Both the position numbers and the translations under genes were made by a program. Below are positions 18,596 to 27,500 of a stretch of 64,000 nucleotides of DNA, piece after piece. Origin of the DNA: Pseudomonadota bacterium (GTDB lineage Bacteria > Bdellovibrionota > Bdellovibrionia > Bdellovibrionales > Bdellovibrionaceae); the NCBI GenBank assembly GCA_041178425.1, contig JBEGVH010000021.1, positions 32,001-96,000 on the forward strand. The letters are read 5' to 3'. The notes beneath the pieces are model-generated. The model was not told the DNA's origin. It did not search any database and was given only the letters and a program-made list of their open reading frames with translations. Numbering within the stretch: position 1 is the first letter of the stretch; each line of letters begins with the position of its first letter.

Positions 18596-21500
18596 TTAAT
18601 ACTGAAGACCAGGTACTGGTATCAAAGTCGAGGCTGAGGGTCTGTGACTAAAGAGACCCGTGTTGGCACCCCAACACTTGAAGATGCCAGATGCCACCGC
18701 ACAGGTGGAATCATCGCCCAACCATACTTTTGTTACACTAGTAAGAATCGCCGCCGAAGGCGCATTGGCATTGGTTGTGTTATTGGTTCCTAATTGCCCC
18801 GATGAATTTAAACCAAAACACTTTAGTTCATTGCTTGACGTGATTGCGCACACGTGGGCTAGTCCAACGGCAAAGTTCTTGATCGCCAGGTTATTGATCT
18901 TTTTAGGATAGGTGTTGTTCAACACTTTCGAATTACCCAACTGACCTTCAGAACCCTTACCCCAGCACCGCAACGAGTTGTCATCAAACCGCGCGCAGGC
19001 GAACTGATCGCCCGAAGAAATTTGAACAGGCTTAGTTCCCGCAAAAGGGTTAAAGGCCTCCACCGCAACAGTGGAGTCAGTCTCATTGTCATCACCCAAT
19101 TGGCCTTGGGTCCCGGCGCCAGCACACTTAATGACCGTTCCAACAATGGCACACATAAAATCACTGCTGACTGCAAAATCAACCACGTCTTTGTCGTAGA
19201 TCTTTGTGGGCTTTGTGGCCGATGTGGTGTTGCCTAAGCCAAACATTCCATTATTATAGCCCCAACACCACAAACTTCCGTCGGTCTTAAGCATACAGGC
19301 TGTGTTATAGCTATTAGTGCCATCAGTGGTCGTTGCCGATTTTACTTTAGCCACATCGGCAGAGACAAAGGTCGGGGTGGCCGACGCAGTATTTGCCGAC
19401 GATCCATCACCAATGTAGTTTTCTCCCCAACATCGGAGAACGCCACCAGTATCCACATAACATCCGCCTTTTGAGTTGGTCGCAAGATCGGCCACATTAG
19501 TGCTTGGAATCTGAACTGGGTTATTACGTTGACCCAAAGTTCCATCACCCACATAGGTGACGGTAGTGCTTGTAGTAAGACAGCGCACCTTACTATCAGA
19601 AGCGGTAAAGCAATTAAGTTTTCCACTCATCGATACCAAAGAGGGTGTATCTTCTAAAGACTCTTGGGGCACTAACCGACGTTCGTCGGCAAAGAGAGCT
19701 CGTCTCATAGCTGAAGGAGAGTTAACACAAGACACCACTCCCGTCGCCGAAGCACCGCAGGTCATTGTTGAACTTTTCGAAACCTTCGCAGAAAAACGTG
19801 TTTCCACAGGGCTTGTTTTATTACCTGTGCTCGCAAATTCACCATCGTTATAGCCCCAACAAACTGTTTTCGGAGTATCAAGGTCGGCACAAAAACTTCC
19901 GTTGGCGTAGTGGCTCGAATAGATCTTGGTAGCCTTCGCCAACGACCCACTCCCCCAGCTCACAGCAGTGCCGGGTATCGCGTTGCCATTGGTTGTGGTA
20001 CCATTGCCCAATTGTCCATAGGCATTCGATCCCCAACAATACACATCTCCACGATCCGGATTCGTGGAGGTTAGTTTAAGGCCACAGGTTGAATGGTTAT
20101 CAACAGCTAGCATTGCAAAATCAACTGACGATGTGACTAGCTGCGGACTCGCACATGAGCCTGTGCAAGCGCCCCCCCCGAGCCCCAAGGCTCCATAGGT
20201 ATTGCTTCCCCAGCAGTAAAGTTTGGTATTAACGGTGGTCGATGCACACGTGTGGGTAAAACTGGTTGCGACAGCTTTGATCGGATCAGCCGAGCCAAGC
20301 ACAGCCACTGGACTTGTTTGATCGGTTGTCGTTCCGTCTCCCACCTGTCCATTGTTATTTTGGCCCCAGCATTTCAAGCGACGATCACCGAGATAAGTAT
20401 AAATAGCACAAGCACCTGTTCCACTCACCGACAGTTCTTGCACATTGGCTAAAGCTGTTGGATCGGCACCTGACGTTCTCACCGCGGTCGGTGTTCCGGT
20501 GTTTGTCGTAGAACCGATACCAAGTTGCCCGTAGTTATTAGCGCCCCAACACTTTGCCGTATTATCACTAAGAACGGCACAAGTCATATCAGCGGCCGCA
20601 TAGATCTTAGTGGCACCAGAGGCAATCGCTGTTTGAGCCCCGGTCACTGCCGTGGTGGTCCCATTGCCTAATTGTCCGCTGGAATTTGAACCATGGCACA
20701 TCACCTTACCCGAATTCAAGAGCACACAAATATGACTAGTTCCACTGGCGACCATCGTGACAGTCTCCCCTGCACCGAACTCATCATCGTGCACGGCAAC
20801 CAAAGACACCGCAGAGCTCGTACTGATCCCTCCGAGGGTCGTGCTCCTGGCTTGTACAGAAAATAATTTTAATCCAGAGGTCGCACCATCGTCAGTGACG
20901 GTAAACCCAAGAGTCTCTGACGTAACGCCGGAGTTGATCGCCTTGCTCAATGAGGAGAAATTGTACTCAGTAGAAAGAATTCCAGCCAATGGAAACGCTT
21001 TTAAACCAACCGTCAAAGCCTCGCTCGCAGACGCTAGCAAACTCAAAGCAACATTACCAGAACCGCCATTTTCAGTGAGTTCAATCACTGCGTTCGACAA
21101 ACTGACTTGAGGTTTAGCAACCCCATTAACCCGCACATCTGCAAACTGCGTATAACCACTAGGAAGCGTTGTCGTGGCTGCGGCACTAAAAACGTTATTA
21201 ATAGCACCACCGGTAATTGCCGTTAATTCAACGCCATTGAGATCGAGATCAGACGCAGCCACCGTGTACGTAAAGCGAGATTCGCGAGAAGTTGATCGCG
21301 CCGAATCGTAAGTAAAGTCGACCACTGTGGCCGGAGTCGCAAACTGCACGCTAAGAACAGGAGATCCAGTCACCACCACGGGTCGATTCCAGTAAACCAC
21401 AAACTCCACCACATCGTTGAGATAGTAAGTGGCGGCTGGCGGGGGTACGATCTTACTAGCCGTCACAGTGTAATTGAGTTTAATATCTTTATTCGCAGCA

Positions 21501-24500
21501 AGAGAACCCGCACCTCCAGGTGTTGGCAACGTGAGCGAAGCATTATGGTTCAGCGAATCGCGAACCGTCGTAGAGGTAGCGATAAGCGAATTTACATCGA
21601 AATAATCAAGATCGGCACTCATATGACTCGATTCAACCATGTAGTTAAAATGAAGCGTACTCGTACCAGAACCCGATGCATAGGTGGCAAAGGCCTCGAC
21701 ATCGTCATAGAGCTTTAATTTGAGTTTAAGATCAGTGCCAGTGACAGTGACCGGCTCGCTAAAAGTCACCGATACGTTCACGACAGCGCTGGCATTATAC
21801 TCTCCATCGCTGGTCGTTGAGGTCACATTAGTGATCGTGGGGTCAGCCGTATCAAGCGTGTATGTTACCGAGTTTACAGAGCAAGCACTGCTCGTTCCTC
21901 CCGGGCTTACTACCTGCGCATAAAACGTTCTTAAGCCATCACCCGCGAGGTTAAAGCTAACATCTGCATACCCAGAAGAGCCAGCTGTCACTTGCCCCGC
22001 CGAAGTCGAGCAATTCGAATCGGTAAATACTTTTGCCGTCCAATTGTTCATAACGTTATTCACGCGAACCGTGATTGCTGTCTTCGAATCGACCGCCGCT
22101 ATTCCCGAACCCAAAGCAAGAGTTTGAACATGGTTCACGCTGATACTCTTATTATCACCGAGCGAGTTGGCAGCACCAGGAGCTGGAAGCGTCAAATTAG
22201 CATTGGTGCCCAAGGCATTTTTCACTGTGGAGGTGCCGAGAGTCATTGCAGAGGTATCGACATAATCGAGATCGTTACTTAAGTCTCCAGGGCGAACAAA
22301 GTAAGAGAACCGAAGCGTCGCCGTGCCTGAGCCCGAATTATAAGGAGCCGCAACCGTCGTTCCATTTAGATTAAGGTTGAGGGCAAGACTATCTCCTGTC
22401 ACGGTCACAGGGTCAGAGAATGTCACGGAGATATCTATAAGTTCATAAGCCGAATAATTTTTGTTGGTGGAGGAGCTTGTCACATTGGTAATCGTCGGCT
22501 GTGAGGTATTAAGTGTGTAATTGACCGAAGCTTGCGAGCAAGTCGTAGATCCTCCATCAATACCAACAATTTTAGCGTAAAGGGTATAGGCACCATCGCC
22601 AGGGAGGTCCGCCGAAACCGTCGCTTGCCCGAGGCCCGTTGACGTGCCCGTACCCACTAGATTAGTACATGAGACCTCAGTATAGACTTCTGCTTGCTGT
22701 CCGGTCATAACACCCGAAACAACGATGTCCACCGGATCTTTTGTATCGGTGGCTGTGACTCCAGCCGCCAGTGTTAATCCCACGGTAAAATTAACTGCAA
22801 TCGTTTTATTAGCACTCAAAGAATTCGCTGCTCCAGGGACTGGCAAGGTCGTGGTTGCATCGTAACCAAAAAGATCTCTAATAGCTCCAGAACCCAAATT
22901 CAGAGCGGTAGTAGACGAGTATTCGAGATCGTTCGAAAAATCGCCCACACTTGCGGTGTATTGAAAATGTAAGGTATCCGTACCACTGCCCGACACATAG
23001 GGCGCCGCCTGATGAGTTCCGTTAAGATTCATCGATAGCTGCAAGTCCGAGCCGGTCACATAAACAACCTCACCGAAGGTTACAGAAATATCGATTAATT
23101 CTCCGGTGGTATAATAGCCATTGGCTTTTGTGCTTGTAATATTGATCACCGATGGACCACCGGTATCAAGGGTGTAATCGACCGTTGAGACCGAGCAACC
23201 CTTAATCTCAGTATTACTTCCATTAAAAACTCTGGCCCTAAAGGTTCGAAGGCCATCGCCTGTCAGATCAACCTGAACCGTCGCCGTTCCTCCTGAACCG
23301 GCAACAACGCTGCCAGCTTCTATCGAGCAAGCGGTATCAGTATACAATTTTGCCATGTAACCATTCATTACTCCATAAACATTAACATTAACGGGATCTT
23401 CATCGTCGAGGGAATTATATCCCGATGCCAAAGACAATGCGAGAGTATCATTACTAGCAATCGCTTTGTTCGCAGAGAGTGACCCAAGCGTTCCTGGCGC
23501 CGGTAATGTTAAAATAGCCAAATTGCCAACTCCGTCTGTGACTGAAGAGGTTCCCAGCGTGAGCGCGCTGGTTGAGCCATAATCGAGATCGTTGGTAAAA
23601 TCGGCCGCCACAGTGATGTATTGAAAATGCAAGGTGTTAGTTCCAGAACCAGAACTGTACGAGGCCGAGCGAGCGCCCCCGTTGAAGTCGAGAGCGAGCG
23701 CAAGCCCTGTACCTGTAACACTCACCACTTCGTCAAAAGTGATACTCACGTCAATTAAGGTGCCCGTGGAATAAGAACCATCAGCCAATGCACTAGTGAC
23801 GTTTGTTACAATCGGCCGCTGAGTATCAAGCTCGTAGTTCACCGAGGCCGTTGAACAGGCCGTATCGCTATTATCGATGTCTCGAACTTGCGCATAGAAA
23901 GTGCGAGCGCCATCTCCAGTTAAACTCACACTCACCGTCGCTGTGCGATTCCCTGACGACACCGCTTCACCAACTTTATTGGTACACGTTGATTCGGTGT
24001 AAACCTTTGCCGTTGCTCCCGTCATTACGCCACTCACAACGACGTTAACAGGATTATCATTATCTTTGGCATTAACTCCAGGAGCCAGAGTGATACCCAC
24101 GTTTGTATTAATTTTTATATTTTTATTATACCCTAAAGAACCAGCCGCACCCATGGTTGGAAGAGTCAATATGGCGTTGTAACCAGCAGCATCTTTGATG
24201 GTAGCCGTTCGCCGATTAATCGCCGAGGTCGCCGAGTACTCAAGCTCGGTCGTAAAGTCATCCACCGACGGAAAATAATTAAAATGCAAAGTGTCTGTTC
24301 CTGAACCCGAGCTATAAATAGCCGATCGTAAATTGCCATTCAGATTAAGACCAAGGGTCACTCCGGAGCCCACCACCGTCACAGGTTCGGTGAAGGTCAC
24401 AGACACATCGATCAAATCACCAGTTTCAAAATTACCGTCGGCATTGGTGCTAGTGACATTAGCGACAGTCGGACCACCAGTATCAAGACGATAACCAACA

Positions 24501-27500
24501 GACGCTGTTGAGCAAGCTGACTCCACATTGCTAAGATCTTTGACTTTGGCGTAAAACGTTCTATCGCCGTCGCCGGTCAGATTGACCGTCACCAACGCCG
24601 AACCATTACCAGATGAAACGGCTTGAGCTACCGCCGAACCCGTGCATGCCGAATCGGTGTAAACAAGTGCTGTGTACCCCGTCATCACCCCTGAAACATT
24701 CACTCCCACAGGGTTTTTATTATCAACGGCATTGAAACCGGCATCTAAACTGAGCCCGATGACATAATTCACTGAAAGAGCCTTATTAAAAGCAAGCGAA
24801 CCTGTCGTGCCTGGCGCAGGCAAGGTCAAAACGCCAATATTTCCGGCGCTGTCTTTGACTGTCGCAGAACCTAACGACAGCGCTGATGTTGAAACGTAAT
24901 CTAAGTCACGAGCCAGATCGCTCGAAACTAGAGTGTACTGAAACTTTAATCGATTAGATCCGGTGCCTGAAATATACTGAGCCGTTCTAGTGACTCCGTT
25001 AAAATCTAGATCAATAGTAAGACCGGTTCCTGTCACGTCAACGGCTTCACTGAAGTCGACCGAAACATCGATGGTCGCGCCAGTGGAATGATTGCCATCG
25101 GCCGTGGTGCTGGTGACCGAGGTCACTGTGGGAACTTGGGTATCATACTGATAAGAAACATTGGCGGTAGAACAACTAGACGAAGCGCCTTGAAGATCAA
25201 AGATTTTAGCATAGAAGGTGTAGGCTCCATTCGTGGCCAATGGCACCGACACTGTTACGGATCCCCCTGCGCTCGCGACCGCCTCTGCTTTGTAGACTGT
25301 GCAGGCGTTATCACTATAGATTTTGGCTGTGTGCCCGTTCATCACACTAGAAACTACCACATTTACGGGGCTCTTTGTATCAACGGCATTAAAACCGTTG
25401 GCGAGCGCAAGTCCTAAATTATGATTCACGGAAATTGCTTTATTCACGCCCAGAGAGTTCGCCGCACCGGGCGCTGCTAAAGTCAGAGTCGCATCATTAC
25501 CAGCGGAATCTTTTATGGAGGCAGAACCAAGTACTAACGCCGTCGTCGATTCATAATCGAGATCACTGGAGAAGTCTCCATTCGCAATCATATACTGGAA
25601 CTGCAAAGTCGATGTTCCAGTACCAGATACATAGCTTGCAGCCTTGGTTGTGCCGTTCATGTTGAGGTTAAGAACAAGGCCAGTTCCTGCCACCGTCACC
25701 GCTTCACTAAACACAACACTCACATTCAATACAGAGCCTTCGGTATAATTCCCGTTGGCGCTCGAACTCGTCACATTCGCGACCGTCGGTGCTTGTCTAT
25801 CTAAGGTGTATGAAACGCCGCTCGTCGTACAATTGCTGCTGTTACCTTGAGTGTCTAAAACTTTCGCGTAGAATTGATGAAGTCCATCTCCACTTAGATT
25901 TACAGAAAAGGATACTGTTCCTCCTGCCGCTGCAACCGCTTGTTGAACAAACTGCGTACACGAGTTGTCGGAGTAAACTTTGGCAGTTTGTCCTACCATG
26001 ACTCCACCAACGGTCAACTCCAATGGGTTTTTGTTGTCGGTCGTATTAAATCCGGCATTTAAATGAATGGAAAGATTATAGTTAACAGTAATCGCTTTGT
26101 TTGCGCCCAAAGAACCCGCAGCCCCAGGCTCTGCCAAGGTTGTATTTGCATTATTGCCGATGGAATCTTTAAGAGTCGATGAACCCAAATCAAGTGCCGT
26201 CGTTGAAACGTAATCGAGATCGTTGGTAAAATCTCCGGCTACTGTCAGATACTGAAAATAAAGAGTCTCAGTTCCAGATCCAGACAGATAAGTTGCCGCT
26301 CTCGAAGTGCCATTCATATTTAGATTCAGAACCAGTCCGGAACCAGCAACAACGACGGGCTCATTAAAGGTAACAGCAATATTTAAAAAAGAACCCGTCG
26401 AGTAAGATCCGTTGGGATTGGCACTCGTCACACCAATGACTGCCGGACCAGTTTGGTCAAAATGGTACGCCACTGTAGAAGGAAAGCAATTTGACTCAGC
26501 ACCCGAAGGCCGAGCGATCTTAGCGTAAAAATTGTGAGTGCCCTCGGTAGACAAATTAACAGGGACCAGAGCCAGCCCGCCTGATAGAGCCGTCGCCTGA
26601 GCCACCGATGAAGTCGAACAACTAGAATCAGTATATAGTTTGGCCGTGTGGCCGGTCATCACCCCTGTCACTTTGACTGTCAGAGGATTTTTATTGTCAC
26701 TCGAATTAAAACCTGAGCCCAACGATAAGGTAACAGAATCATTAACGCCAATCTCTTTATTGTTGGCCAAAGAGCCGACAGCACCCGGAAGAGGAAGTGT
26801 TGTTACTCCGGTATTTCCAGCTTCGTCGGCAATTTGAGCCGAACCTAAAACCAATGCAGCATTTGAACTGTAATCAAGATCACTGGTAAAATCAGTGAGT
26901 GTTGTAATATATTCGAATTGAAGAGTGTTGGTGCCACTTCCCGAAACATAGCTAGCTATCTTATTGGTGCCATTAAAATCGAGGCTTAACGTTAGGCCAG
27001 ATCCCGTCACAAAAACCGGTTCACTAAATTCTACTGCCACGTTAATCCTACTTGCGGCGAGATAGGAGCCGTCGGGTGTTGTACTTGTAACGTTCGTAAT
27101 AGTTGGCGCTACGGTATCTAATGTATATCCTACAGATTCCGTCGAACAACTCGACTCAATATTATCACTCCCTGTGGTTTTTGCGTAAAATATTCTTGCT
27201 CCATCGCTACCAAGAGGGATGCTAATGACGGTGCTTCCTCCAGCGCTTGCCGACACTTCCGCCACTTTAGCGGTGCAATCAGAATCAGTGAAGAGTTTGA
27301 TCGTTGTTCCCGACATCACTCCGGTCACTTTGACATCCACGGGATCTTTACTATCCACAGGATTGAAGCCAGGAGCCAGGGTTAAACCAAAAAAGTAATT
27401 GACCTTAATATCCTTATTCGCTCGGAGAGAGCCCGAACCAGCAGGAGCGGGTAAAACGATAACGGCATCATAGCCGGCAAGATCACGAATGGTCGCCGAA